Source: Squalus acanthias
Taxonomy: Eukaryota
DNA: 64,000 nucleotides
Assembly: GCA_030390025.1 (NCBI GenBank)
Contig: CM059432.1
Location: 124,870,001 to 124,934,000, forward strand
Direction: 5' to 3'
The translations under genes and the position numbers were made by a program. Shown here one piece after another: positions 24,191 through 37,417 of the stretch; position 1 is the first letter of the stretch, and the number at the start of each line of letters is the position of its first letter. The notes under the pieces are model-generated. The model saw nothing but the letters and a program-made list of their open reading frames with translations. It ran no database searches and was not told the DNA's origin.

Positions 24191-25847
24191 TGTAGAATTC
24201 GCAAATTATCGCGATTTAAAAATAATGAGAAAGAGACATACAGTTTCGTAAACACAGCTTTATTTCAGCAAAATGCTGTCAGGTTTCAAAACGGACACAA
24301 GCAGCCTGTAAAATGGCCGCCACGCCTCGTGGAGCAGAAGGTTCTAGACTTTCAGCAGGCAGACAAGATGGCGTTTCAATAAACATTTCAGCAAGATCGG
24401 ACAGGACTCAGCATATTGAGATAAGACAAGACGAGATCGTTTTGCATTTTAACACCCAAGCCAGGAATATAAGTGCTGGAATCGGGTTTTTCCATGCACA
24501 AATGAGAGCTATTGTACTGGGCAATCAAGGGGCCCATCAAAAGACATTGATACGCAAATTCCCCACGGCTCTACGATGAGAGAGCCGTTCGCGGGTACTC
24601 ACAGCAAGAATTCGGAGGCCCCCAAAACCCCTCCAGGGAGACTCCCAGCCGGTTCCACAAGGGGAGAAATATTAACGGGTACTCAGACAGTTACAAGTAT
24701 CACCGAAACCCATTAACGACAAGAACCACCCCATACAAGAAGTTTGAGCGCCAAAACACGACAAAAGATGGACATTAAGATTGGGCGGGAGATAAGGAAT
24801 TACAGTACTATAACTGTAGTGTCCAAACATCCATCTTTCTCTTATTCCTTTGACTCGCTTCTCTGATCCGTTGATTTTCCGGGAGTCAACCTCATGGCTT
24901 GCCGCGAAGATCTGTGGAGAGCTGGTCTGCGAAGGCCTGTAAGCGGGCGCACCATCCCGAGAAGTCGGTAAACGGTGTTGGAACCGAAGGCCCGAGAGGA
25001 GATGAGATGAGATGAGAAGAGAAGAAGACGACTACACGTGCCGCCGCGGTCAGTAAACCCCGACCGCGCCCGAAAATCGATTAACCACTTCTTCGAATTC
25101 TATCGGATACTCCACAACTGGCCCTGGAAGACTTTTCTTCGAGTTCTACCGACAACTGGTTTCGGTCCAGAAAGACTCTTCTTTGAATTTTACCGGCTAA
25201 CTGGTGTCGGGCACAGGAAGACTCTTCCTTGAGTTTTATCAGAGTTCCGAGGTCAACACAGATCTTCATGACAGCAGACGGTCCAGCCTGCTAGCCGGAG
25301 CAAAGCGAGTAAACAAGTGGGGTACAGGGACCCCTGATCAACACGTGAATAGTCAGGTGCTGTGGTGAAAACATCCGAGCAGCGTTTCGGAATTCTCCGA
25401 GTTATCACGAGTGGTGAGCATGAGTCTCGATCCTACAGATCTAGATTAGGACAGGTATTGATAGGGGAGGGTTTATGTTTTAAGGATAATTATAATGTGT
25501 GTCCCCTTTTACGATGTGTCGTGCGCTCCTCGTTTCCCTAAACCTAGTTGCATAAATGTATGTAAGTTTGTACTGTCATTAATCTGTGCTTATGACATGT
25601 ATTTCGTAATCTTGAATAATATGCAATAAAGATTTTCCATTTCGTACTATTCAACCGGGTCTACCTGAGTTTTCTCTGCATTATTGCTCTCGCACCTAAG
25701 TCCAGTGTCAGAACCGTAAGGGCGAGTGGGTCGAACCACTCACAGGTGTCTAGTGTTACCAGGCTGGCTGGAGACCAGAACAGGCAACAAGGCCTAACCC
25801 CGCACTAGCACCCAGGCTAAGCACAGAGCCACGCGAAACCCCTTACA
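24191..25847 (+). mobile_element. Solo LTR, 1657 bp
   Basis: TGTAGAATTCGC...GCGAAACCCCTTACA termini with a perfect 4-bp TSD TATG (24187-24190 and 25848-25851). AATAAA at 25625-25630. CpG-rich. Confidence 0.82.
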
Positions 25848-26282
25848 TATGTGACTCAGTGCTGCTGGGCTTATCGAAGTACCAAGGGTGCATGTCTGAC
25901 CATCACCTTGCACTGGCCAGCTTTGTTTCATCTCTGCATATGCAAATAGAAATAGAACGTATTAATAAATGCATTATTAATAAATATTATGAAAACATTC
26001 CTCTCTGCTCAAGAAAGAAAAGCCAGAAGAACTGTGAACTATTTTTGCTGTGATACCACCTGCAAGTGCTGCAGTTGTATGTGTTGATGTGGTTACGCTA
26101 ATGTGTTATGTGTTTGCAAATGGAAAAAAAAGGTTAGCAAAAACTTTTTTTTAATGACACTAGAACCCTTTCAAAATTGTTGAAAGTCTTCCTGTTTTTG
26201 CAACAGTTTGCTGGCGTAAACAAAGGGTTGTAGGATGTGGAACTTGTGCAAGAATGCCCTCTCTGCAGATTATACTGTAGAA

Positions 26283-28680
26283 CAGCGGTTCCCAATCTGT
26301 GGTCCGTGGACCACCAGTGGTCCGCGAGGGTACTGCAGGTGGTCCTGTGAAAAAAAAATATTATGATACTGTAATAATAATATAATCACGTGTACCTCGT
26401 ATGTATCATATTCGATATTACATTATTATTCGCAATGTAATATGCTTCACAAACATCCTTGTGATTCTCTGAATTTAAATAGTGTGGCACTTTTGCGTGA
26501 CGTCAATGTGAACCGACGCTCTTAGAAAATTCGACGGTTAGAGCGCGGGAATCAAAAAATGGATCGGTGGCTTTGATCTGGCATGCGTAAGCGAACTCTC
26601 TACTATGGTCAAAATGACAGTGAGACATCAGCAAATGAAACTCAGCACAACAAAAGTAAACGAAAAGTGAGGAGAAAGTACAGCAGTGAATACTTAAAAC
26701 TGGGATTTACTTACACTGGAACTGAGAACGAACCGTTACCAGTATGTGTCCTGTGCTATGATGTTCTGTCGAATGAAAGCCTAAAGCCCGCTAATCTTCG
26801 CTGTCATCTTGTGACTAAGCATGGGGAATACGTGTCCAAGCCAATTGGATTTTTTTACAACCAGCTCAAAGAATTTCAACGTAGCAAGACAATTATGGAA
26901 TGCACATCTAAAGGCAGTGATAATGCTAAGGCAGTGGAGGCCTCGTACCAGGTAGCTAGGGTCATAGCAAAGACAGGGAAGCCGCACACAATTGGGGAGG
27001 AGTTGATATTGCCAGCGGCTAAGGAGATGGTGGGTGTTATGCTGGGAGAGGGGGCCTGCAAGCAAATTAACATGATTTCATTGTCGGATAACACAGTTCA
27101 ACGCAGAATTGATGAGCTGGCTCAGGACTTGTGTGATCAGCTAATAGCGAGAATGCAAGCGAGTCGTTTTTATGCACTTCAGCTGGATGAATCAACGGAC
27201 ATTGCAAACCTTTCAAACCTGATCACCTATGTAAGGTATGAACACAATGGAGAGATACATGAGGACTTTCTCTTTTGTAAATCGTTGCCTACACGCTCAA
27301 CTGCAGAGGCTATTTTTGGAATGTTGAACAGTTTCATTATTGAAAATGGGATTGATTGGTCAAAATGTGTCGGACTTGGCACAGATGGGGTCCGTGCGAT
27401 GTTAGGCCAACACAGTGGGGTTGTTGCACGTGTAAGAGCAGTGGCTCCGCCAGCATCATCCATGCACTGCAGCATCCATAGGGAGGCGTTAGCTGCAAAG
27501 AAAATGCCTGCTGATCTCAAGACCGTTTTGGAGGAAGCCGTTAAAACTGTTAATTATATCAAGGCCCGTCCACTGAATTTCCGAATATTTGCAGCTATTT
27601 GTGACGAGATGGGCAGTGATCACCATCAACTACTTCTGCACACCGAGGTCCGCTGGCTGTCCCGAGGAAAGGTACTCACTCGTCTTTTAGAGTTGCATGA
27701 TGAGGTGAGAATTTTTTTACTGGACTCAAAGTTTGAACTTTCACATCGCTTCGGTGATTTTCAGTGGCTTGCCAAATTGGCATATATGGCAGATATTTTC
27801 GATCACTTGAATGGTTTCAATCTGCATCTTGAGGGAAAATCAGTGACATTCTTTCATGTGCAGGACAAAATAGAAGTGATGATCAAGAAAACGGAGATGT
27901 GGGCCAAACGACTTGAGCAGTCAAATTACGACTCGTTTGTGAATCTGTCTGATTTTTTGGTCACGGAAGAGATGCAGCTTCCAAACAGTGTGAAACATAT
28001 CATCAGAGAGCACCTCCAAAGTTTGAAAATAAACCTACGCAAGTACTTCCCTGTGCCTGACACAAAATTCAACTGGATACGAAATCCCTTTGCGAGCCTT
28101 GATGATGACATCCTCGCAAGCCTGACCTCGACAGACCAAGACAGCCTTGTGGAACTGTCCTGTGACAGTGCTTTAAAGCAGGATTTTTCTCGGCAATACC
28201 TGACTGACTTTTGGCTGAAAGTTGCTTCGGAATATCCAGCACTGTCCGACAAGGCAGTAAAGTTTCTAATGCCTTTTCCCACTCTAGCGAAACTGGAGTT
28301 TTTGCGCTTGTCGCATTGAAGACCAAATACCGGAATAAACTTCACGTTGAACCAGATCTCCGATTGCGATAGTCATCGCTGGAACCTGACATCCAGCGTT
28401 TGACGTCTGCGAAACAACATCAGCCTTCTCATTAGGTAAGTGTTATCTTTTCCCCACTGGTAGGCCTACTGCAGGTAAATGTGCTGTGACGAGTGCAATG
28501 TATTTGTGAGTGAGCATAATAAATGATTAGAAACAGCTGCATTTTCAATACCTGTTGATATATAAGTTTGACTCCCGTCAGCCATAGGCGATGTTAAAAA
28601 TGTTGAAACGGCTAGTGGTCCGCAAAAGCTTTTGATGACGATGTAGTGGTCCGCATAAAGGAAAAGGTTGGGAACCGCTG
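26283..28680 (+). mobile_element. Full-length hAT transposon, Buster/Charlie group
   Basis: TIR CAGCGGTTCCCAA at both ends. 8-bp TSD CTGTAGAA (26275-26282 and 28681-28688) with the central TA typical of Buster targets. Subterminal GTGGTCCG repeats. Confidence 0.97.
26559..28435 (+). pseudogene. hAT-Buster transposase (ZBED5/SCAND3-like), disrupted; 578-aa open segment at 26583-28319
   Basis: BED finger CVLC...HLVTKH, LQLDEST, GTDG, CSIH, VRWLSRG. The original start MDRWL is followed by TGA at 26574. A frameshift after PFPT moves the C-terminus ET...LKTKYRNKL...KQHQPSH out of frame. Confidence 0.92.
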
Positions 28681-28837
28681 CTGTAGAACATAAGAAATAT
28701 TCCATGTCCAGGTACACATTTCTAGTGAAACTTGTGGCAAGGTTTGGGAAATGCTGGTGTCATTTAATAAAAGATGAGGGTCGGGGTTTTCCTTTTCGAC
28801 ACTTGACAGCTCGCGATTTTCTGCCCATTCAGTGTAA

Positions 28838-29068
28838 TTGTCCTGTCCGGGCCAATATTTATCTCTCAGTCAACATAACAAAAACAGTTTATCTTGTTAT
28901 TATCACATTGCTGTTTGTGGGAGCTTGCTGTGTGCAAATTGGCTGCCTGCGTTTCCTACATGACAACAGTGACTACACTTCAAAAGTACTTAATTGGCTG
29001 TAAAGCGCTTTGAGACATCCGGTGGTCATGAAAGGCGCTATATAAATGCAAATCTTTCTTTTCTTTCT
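28838..29068 (+). mobile_element. Deu-domain SINE, 3' half
   Basis: GGCCAATATTTATC...GGCGCTATATAAATGCAA. Confidence 0.85.
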
Positions 29069-29291
29069 TTTAATGGTGGAGCTGGTGAGTGCAGAAATGG
29101 AAAACCCAAACCCTTGAACTATGCCTTTGATCCAAAGATCAAGTTGGTTAGTTTCTTTGATTAATGAGCAGCATTGATTATTTGATGTCAAAGAATTAGT
29201 TTGTCCTATTGCAATATTTTGTTTGATTGATAGAGCCATGCAGTGTTTATATTATTTTTTAGGATGTGGGCATCGGTGACAAGGCCAGCAT

Positions 29292-30740
29292 TAATAGTAA
29301 CCCCACTATTTAAAAAAGGAGGGAGAGAGAAAACAGGGAACTACAGACCGGTTAGCCTAATATCAGTAGTAGGGAAAATGCTAGAGTCTATTATAAAGGA
29401 TGTGATAACAGGACACTTAGAAAATATCAATGGGATTAGACAAAGTCAACATGGATTTATGAAAGGGAAACCATGTTTGACAAACCTACTGGAGTTTTTT
29501 GAGGATGTAACTGGTAGAATAGATAGGGGAGAGCCAGTGGATGTGGTGTATTTGGATTTTCAGAAGGCCTTTGATAAAGTCCCACATAAGAGTTTAGTGT
29601 GCAAAATTAAAGCACATGGGATTGGGGGTAATATACTGGCATGGATTGACAATCGGTTAACAGACAGGAAACAGAGAGTAGGAATAAATGGGTCTTTTTC
29701 GGGGTGGCAGGTGGTGACTAGTGGGGTACCGCAGGGATCAGTGCTTGGGCCCCAGCTATTCACAATATATATCAATGATTTGGATGAGGGAACCAAATGT
29801 AATATTTCCAAGTTTGCTGACGACACAAAACTAGGTGGGATTGTGAGTTGTGAGGAGGATGCAAAGAGGCTTCAAGGCGATTTAGACAAGTTGAGTGAGT
29901 GGGCAAATACATGGCAGATGCAGTATAACGTGGATAAATGTGAAGTTATGCACTTTGGTAGGAAAAACAGAAAGGTAGAGTATTATTTAAATGGTGATAC
30001 ATTGGGAAATGTTGATGTACAAAGGGACCTGGGTGTCCTTGTACACCAGTCACTGAAAACAAACATGCAGGTGCAGCAAGCAGTTAGGAAGGCAAATGGT
30101 ATGTTGGCCTTCATTGCAAGAGGATTTGAGTACAGGAGCAAGGATGTCTTACTACAGTTATACAGGGCCTTGGTGAGACCACACCTGGAGTACTGTGTGC
30201 AGTTTTGCTCTCCTTACCTAAGAAAGGATATACTTGCCATAGAGGGAGTGCAGCGAAGGTTCACCAGACTGATTCCTGGGATGGCAGGACTGTTGTATGA
30301 GGAGAGATTGGGTCGACTAGCCCTGTATTCACTAGAGTTTAGAAGAATGAGAGGGGATCTCATTGAAACGTATAAAATTCTGACAGGGCTAGACAGACTG
30401 GATGCAGGGAGGATGTTTCCCCTGGCTGGGGGGTCTAGAACGAGGGTTCACAGTCTCAGGATACGGGGTAGGACATTTAGGACTGAGATGAGAAATTTCT
30501 TCACTCAGAGAGTGGTGAACCTGTGGAATTCTCTACCACAGAAGGCTGTGGAGGCCAAGTCACTGAATTTATTTAAGGAGATAGATAGATTTGTAGACAC
30601 AATAGGCATCAAGGGGTATGGGGAGAGAGCGGGAATATGGTATTGAGATAGAGGATCAGCCATGATCGTGTTGAATGGCGGAGCAGGCTTGAAGGGCCGA
30701 ATGGCCTACTCCTGCTCCTATTTTTTTATGTTTCTATGTT
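29292..30740 (+). mobile_element. Young 5'-truncated CR1 with an uninterrupted RT frame, nested in the reversed 3' end of another LINE (29262-29291 and 30741-31020)
   Basis: [37 protein letters not shown] and a 3' tail. The two flanks join into the reverse complement of the LINE tail at 3040-3310. Confidence 0.95.
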
Positions 30741-31309
30741 ATTGCCCATCCTTAATTGCCCTTGAGAAGGCTGTGGTGAGCCGCCGCCTTGAACCGTGTG
30801 GTGAAGGTACTCCCACAGTGCTGTCAGGGAGGGAGTTCCAGGATTTTGACCCAGCAACGATGAAGGATCGGTGATATATTTCCAGGTCAGGATGGTGTGT
30901 GACTTAGAGGGGAACTTGGAGGTGTTGATGTTCCCATGCGCCTGCTGCCCTTGTCCTTCTAGGTGGTAGAGATCACGAGTTTGGGAGGTGCTGTCGAAGA
31001 AGCCTTGGTGAGGTGCTGCAGTCACTACAAAGATTTCTAAATTCGAGTACGCTCTTTGACCAATTGAAGATTTTCTCATTATTGGGTAAATCCACTGCTC
31101 CTGCATGGCCAGTGGGAATCTGCATTCAATGGGAGGTGGGTCGCTAATAGTACAACACTATACCTCCAATTCTATGAGCTGTGGGAGCACAGATTGGTGA
31201 ATCTCCTCATATATGCATGTTTATATGTATTGTACTTTAATATTTGCCACTTTTTTGTGCTTCATATTACCTACCTAATTGTAAATAAAGAGAATAGTTG
31301 TAGTCCAAA

Positions 31310-31805
31310 AAACATGCAAAACTCTTCTGCCCGTATCCTAACTTGCACCAAGTCCCATTCACCCATCGCCCCTGTGCTCACTGGCCTACCTTGCTTCTTG
31401 TCCAGCAACACCTCGATTTTAAAATTCTCATCCTGGTGTTCAAATCCCTCCATGGCCTCAACCCTCCCTATCTCTGTAACCTCCTCCCGCCCTACAACCC
31501 CCCAGGAAGTCTGCGTTCCTTAAATTCTTGCCTCTTGCACATCCCAGATTTCCTTTGCCCCACCACTAGCGGCCATGCCTTAAGCTGTCTGGGCCCAAAG
31601 CTCTAGAATTCCCTTGCTAAACCTCTCCGCCTCACTCTCCTCCTTTAAGACGCTCCTTAAAACCTACCTCTGTGACCAAGCTTTTGGTCACCTGTCTTAA
31701 TATCTTCATGTGTAGCTCAGTGACAGTTTTTGTTTGTTAACGCTCCTGTGAAGCGCCTTGGGATGCTTTACTACGTTAGAAGTGCTATATAAAGGCGAGT
31801 TGTCA
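31310..31805 (+). mobile_element. L2 LINE 3' end
   Basis: QNSSARILT, DFKILILVFKSLHGL.PPYL, and the tail. Confidence 0.85.
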
Positions 31806-33574
31806 TTGTTAGTCTGTAAACCTCTGATTTGTGTGCAATATCTTCCATTTCAAAGTATGTTTAATAGAGCAGCAAGAAAGAAATAACTTGTTTCTAAAAC
31901 ACCTTTCAAGACCTCAAGACACCGCACTGTCTTTTACAACCAATGAAGTGTAGCCACTGTTGAAATGTATGGAACCGCGGCAGCCAATTTACACACAGCA
32001 AGGTCCCACAAACAGCAGAGCTAAATGACCAGAAAATCTGTTTTAATGAGATATATTAAGAACATCAAGCATGCAGTTCTTTGAGGTCAGTTTATAGAAA
32101 ATATACCATTTCTGGATCATAGTGGACAAGGTATACTAACAGCAACTGCAATTAGGCTATTGAAAGAGAAAACAGGTCTATAAATAAAACTAAAATTAAC
32201 AAAATTCTACTTTGTTCTCCACCACGACCTTTTGCATCTAATTGCGTGAGGAAACGGAATGTAATGCAGCATACAGCAACAACTTGTATTTATATAGCAC
32301 CTTTCTTTTAAAAAGTCCAAAAGTGATTCACAAGAGTATTATAAGACAAAGATTTGACACATAAACCAACATTCCTATACAAAAAAAATAAGCAAATTTG
32401 ATAATTTTATTAGAAAATTGGGTGGAGGAGCAAATATCGTCGATTTTTGCCGCTGTGGCCGATGGTGGCGTTGTGTTGTGTTTATCGTCACTCTGGAATT
32501 ATTTCAGGACTTGCTCCTCCTGCTGGTGGGTTCTCAGTATTTCTGGCAACGACTTCCCTTGGCTGTATCACCAATAGAGTGAGAAGCCGATAAAGTGCAT
32601 GCAAGTGGCAAGTGTGATGTAATTTTAAAGTTGAAAATCACTTTTAACAATCCCCACTGATTGCTGTGCAACATATATAGGAATCCTGCATTATTACTCC
32701 CCCCCCTCCCATTGAAGGAACGTTCTCAAGACAAAATCAAAGCGCAGAGACAGGTGACAGATGTCATGGCTTCTTTTTTTTTTAAATTGCCCCATCCCAA
32801 TTTTCTTTCCACCTCTCCTGAAGGTGCTGAGGTACATCGTTAACTTCCCCCTCCCAACCTCTCAATCAACGTATGTCTTCAGCCATTTTACATTACTGGT
32901 AACAACGTTCATTCTTTGTGAAATATGGATATGTACTTAAATAATTAAACAATATAGATGAACTGCCACGATACTATCATTCCACAAATTAAAAAAATGA
33001 ATCAATAAAGTGCAATAGTAGCTGCTTTAAAAATATCTTCACCAGCTATAACTTTCATACCAAACTCTAGATTCAAATTACTCACATATGCTAGTATCCC
33101 ATATTAAAAGTTTCAAATATCTGATACATGTGCGCGCTTTGCTTTCATAAATCTGTAACCAACTACCAACTCTGTTTTTTCAGAATTCCATTTGATTCTA
33201 TGTCTGGGGATCTCAGCTCGAATACACGGTGTTTCGAGTCATCATTTGCTGTCGGGAAGTGCAGACGACAGGTGAGGCATTTATTACTCAGGAGGGACAT
33301 GTGTGAGGAGGGCTCACCTGAATAGCTCTTTGTGGCTGGTTTCAGAGCTGCATTGGTCGAGGTCCGGGGGAGATCGCCCAACGAACCTCTTGGCAGAGAA
33401 GAAACCGCCGGCACACTCCAAGCAGAAGAAAGCCAAGTCCATCTGTTCAAACTGCTCTTTTTTAGTCCACATCAATGGCATAACTTAACAAATGATAAAT
33501 TGACTACAGTTGCTATAGGAATAATAGTCCAACCACCATACAATTTTTTAAAGAACTAAAATGATTGGACTGAA

Positions 33575-33885
33575 AAGAAAAAAGAAAGGAAAGACTTGTA
33601 TTTATATAGCACCTTTCACGACCACCGGACGTCCTAAAGCGCTTTACAGACAATGAAGTACTTTTTGAAGTGGAGTCACTGTTGTAATGTAGGAAACGTG
33701 ACAGCCAATTTACGCACAGCAAGCTCCCACAAACAGCAATGTGATAATGACCAGATAATCTGTTTTTGTGATGTTGATTGAGGAGTAAATATTGGCCAGG
33801 ACACTGGGGAGAACTCCCCTGCTCTTCTTCGTCCACCTGAGAGGGCAGACGGGACCTCAGTTTAACATCTCACCCAAAGATGGCT
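33575..33885 (-). mobile_element. Deu-domain SINE
   Basis: Reverse complement of the SINE core and tail. Confidence 0.88.
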
Positions 33886-34171
33886 GATACATAACATCAC
33901 AGTGCCACTTGCACCCAGAGACACTCACCATCAGAGCATAAAGCAAATACCCACCAGCGTCAAAAATCGAGTAAATTCGGACGCACGTGTGTTACGCACA
34001 TAATTTTGCTATGTCCTAATTTCTGCAATCTTTTATGTTGCCTATCGATCCCTGCATCCAAATGCATCTCGCTCATTATAATGGCTCTGTCCCCTAAAGA
34101 GCCATACAGGGGGGTTTTTCTACAAACGAGCTGGTTCAAAACAGGTGTAAATTACACACAGTAGGAAGCAA

Positions 34172-34940
34172 AGGGGGGAATTTTAACCCCCAATAAACAG
34201 GTGGGTTGGGGTCAGGTGGGAGGTTAAAGAGTTAAGAATCTGAATCCCGACCCCAACCACTTCCAGTTTTAACAGGGGCGGGACAGGGACAGGCAACCAA
34301 CCTGCTCGCAGGACGCGGGTTGGCATTTTAAATATTATAATGAGGCTCCATGCCTCACAGTGAACCACCATTTTAAATTTAACTCTGGGCGGGCATGTTT
34401 CCCATGCCTCGGGAAACACGCCAGCTAAAAGGAGGCGAGGACTGCTGGATCCAGCATTCCTGCCTCACCAACCCCCGCGATCAGACACTCTCCGACCCTT
34501 CCGATCTCACCTCCCCCCCCCCCCACCCCACCCTGAGGCCTCCGACCTCCGCCACGAGACCTCTGATCTCCGATCCCCCCTCCGGCCCCCGATTACCTTC
34601 CGACCTCCCCCGCGCCAGCCCCCAATCACCCTCTGGCCTTTCGACCTCCCCCCTCTGGCCCCCGATCACTTTCCCACCTTCCCCCTCTGGCCCCTGATCC
34701 CCCTCCAGCCTCCAATCCCCCTCCGGCCTCCAATCCCCCCCACCTGATCCCTTCCTCCATCCAGTCTGCGGCCTAGTGCAGGCCTACCCACCCGACAGCC
34801 AGCCAGCTTCTCCATCTGGCTGGCTGCGGGCGGGAATCAGTGATTCTAAATTCCAATTAGGCCCTGTCGTTAAATTCGGGTTTCCCGACCGCTTTCCAGC
34901 GCCCCGCTCCCTTCCCGCCTCAAAATTAAAATTCCGGCCT
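34172..34940. mobile_element. MITE-like element with a C-rich internal low-complexity tract
   Basis: Starts GGGGGGAATTTTAAC and ends AAAATTAAAATTCCGGCC. Confidence 0.5.
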
Positions 34941-35913
34941 AAGTCATTTTTCTGGTGTTTTGTGATTTTTAAGCAATTTTTTAAATTTATCCCCACTGAG
35001 ACCTGCATTGTATTTTGTTTCTTTGAACGCAATTTTGTGGTATCAGTGAGAGTCAAATGAAAAATTGAAAATCGTCCACGATTGCATGTTCTTAAATGTG
35101 CTGGCCTGGAGTTTCTGTTAGGTTGCGATGGTTCCTCGCTCAAAATCGGCCAAAGCAGCGCAAAAGATCGAGGAATTTCAAGCGCAAATTATGTTCAGCG
35201 TAAATCGAGTTTCCGCGATCTTTTGCCCCGCCCACAAAACTGGCCACGCCCCCGGATCGAATTAATCACCATGGCGAGTTTCCGCTCATTACGCCTGTTT
35301 ACGGGTCTTTGAAGAGGCTCTTAAAATTAAGCTGCTTTTTTTTGGTGCAAGGACACCTAATAGGCACCTATTAAAAGCTTTTAAATATAATTTTTATTTT
35401 AGTTTACTAAGAAACTGACTACTGTACACCAATGAAACTAGTAAATGTTTCTGTACAGTTTTTTAAAGTCATTTTCAGTTATTTAAAATCGGGTTACTCA
35501 CAGGTGGTGGACTAGACGCTCTGATTAAAAAATGCTTATTTTTGGTGATAAACCTATTTTCAGCTGTAGTAATCAAGCTGCACCAGGTTACCACTCTTAA
35601 ATACATCAAGGAATATTTTTAAAGCAAATTTAAAAAAAAAATTACGTTCTAAAATGCTACTCGATTGCGCTGGTTCATGAGAGTTTTTATGTTCGCCGAT
35701 AGGTAATTGAGTTTGAGCAGAAATTTGAGCAAATAATTCACTTTGCAAAACTAGCCCAATTTTGAGCGCAAAGCAGAAACTCTTGGCTGCTGTGCCTAAT
35801 GTGCATGAATGATGATCAGATGGGTTTTTTTGTTAGAGAGCCAATCTTATAATTATTTTTGGGGAAAAGTTTTGTGCCCAACATGATGAGAGACGTTAAG
35901 CCTGGGGAATGTA

Positions 35914-36481
35914 GGGGTAAAAATTCGCTGGGGCGCTAATTTTAACGCCCCGAAAAAGTTAGCGCCCCCGCGGCCGATTTTCCCAGTTAACGCCCCGAGA
36001 GGGAGGTGCGCCCCATGTCCCTCTTGGGGCGCTGCGAGCCAATATCGCGGCGCTACGTGCCGCGGTACTGCAGGCCTTCCTCCCCTTCTTAAAGGGGAGG
36101 GGCCTGGCACAGCGCGTCCCGGCGCCCAGCTGGGTCACCAGGGATCGGGAGAGCCGGCGAACGAGCCCTGCACTCAAGAGGAGTGACGGGCTCATGGAGC
36201 GCAGCCGGCACCCCACGGGGGGGCTTCACGGGCGCCGGGGGCAGGTGCTGGCAGGCGCCCGCCACCTCCCCTTTAACTAGCGCCGCCCAGGCCGCAAGTA
36301 GGCTCCCCTGACCCCGGCGGATATAGCGTCCGGCGATAAGTCCGGGGGCGCCACCCGATATTACAGCCGGGGCGCTGCACACGGCGATTACGCTGAATTT
36401 TGCGGGAGGCGTTAGCGGCGCCGCGCCCAGGCGCTAGTTGATTTGTGCCCTGTTAGCGCAAATCAACCGAATTTAGCCCCC
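35914..36481 (-). mobile_element. GC-rich MITE (family X, probably PIF/Harbinger-derived)
   Basis: Termini GGGGTAAAAATTCG and CGAATTTAGCCCCC. Reverse-complement homologue of 46392-47111 and 48878-49621. Confidence 0.75.
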
Positions 36482-37417
36482 GTAATATTTTTGTTTTAGG
36501 CACCCTATGTCAGTATCAAGCATTCCCAGGTCAGGTATTACAATAGGGTTAGATGTAAAGTAAATCTCCCTCTACTCTCCTCAATCAGTGTGCCTGAATC
36601 CTGACCTCACAAGAGCATCACATACAGCACCAGTATAATATTTTTCCACTTCCCCCATGAGCCGTCCACTGTGAGTGAGATTGTTAGTGCCAATTAGTGA
36701 GGAATCGGGGCAGTTCTGTATTGTGGACCATACTCACTGGGAAATCAAGCTGCTCATTTCACATAATGACTGAAAAGGCTTTCATCCCAGCAGTCTGGGA
36801 TCGATTGGAACCCGCAGCCCAGAGGTGAAAGTCTCGCACAGAATATCTTCAACAAATACACTAAGCAATAGAATGTATTCTGTGGAAGCAGGAAAAAGAT
36901 CTGAGGTTGCAATTTTTGCATCACTTCTGAAAGCCCAAAAAGACCTGGAGGACTTTTGTGCTGGATTGTCAAAAGGCAAACCAGCGCCTTCCGCGACTCA
37001 TCCAACCACCCCAATTACAATTTGGGCCTCAACGTAAATGGGGAGGAAACCCATCGGATCCACGTTCCGCCCTAAATTCCTGCCACTGGTGTCCTCTCTC
37101 ATGCTAGGAATTTCAGCCCCCCAGAACTTAAATACTGCAGCAGTCATTTCTTTTTTTCCCCATTTCTCCACCACAACCACCTATTCATTAAAATATGAGG
37201 CTAAGTTTTCCTATCCCTCAAACCATGATACAGAAGCTGCTGAGAACCAGAAAACCTGGCTAATATCGGTTCAACCGGATGTGTGGCACTTTAGTGCCAA
37301 GTGCAATTTTCCAGATATGGTTAGTTGGATTGTAGCCAGAAAAGGAAGCATCACTTTATTTAAATATTATAATACAGTTAAAGCGAGACTGATTTCGTTA
37401 ATTGTTCTCTCTCCTCA

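Noticed and set aside
25089..25245. CRISPR-like repeat/spacer pattern
   Set aside because: Degenerate tandem units inside a eukaryotic LTR, with no unique spacers and no cas genes.
26583..28319. Domesticated ZBED5/SCAND3-like host gene
   Set aside because: Intact TIRs and TSD plus disabling mutations show it is a transposon copy.
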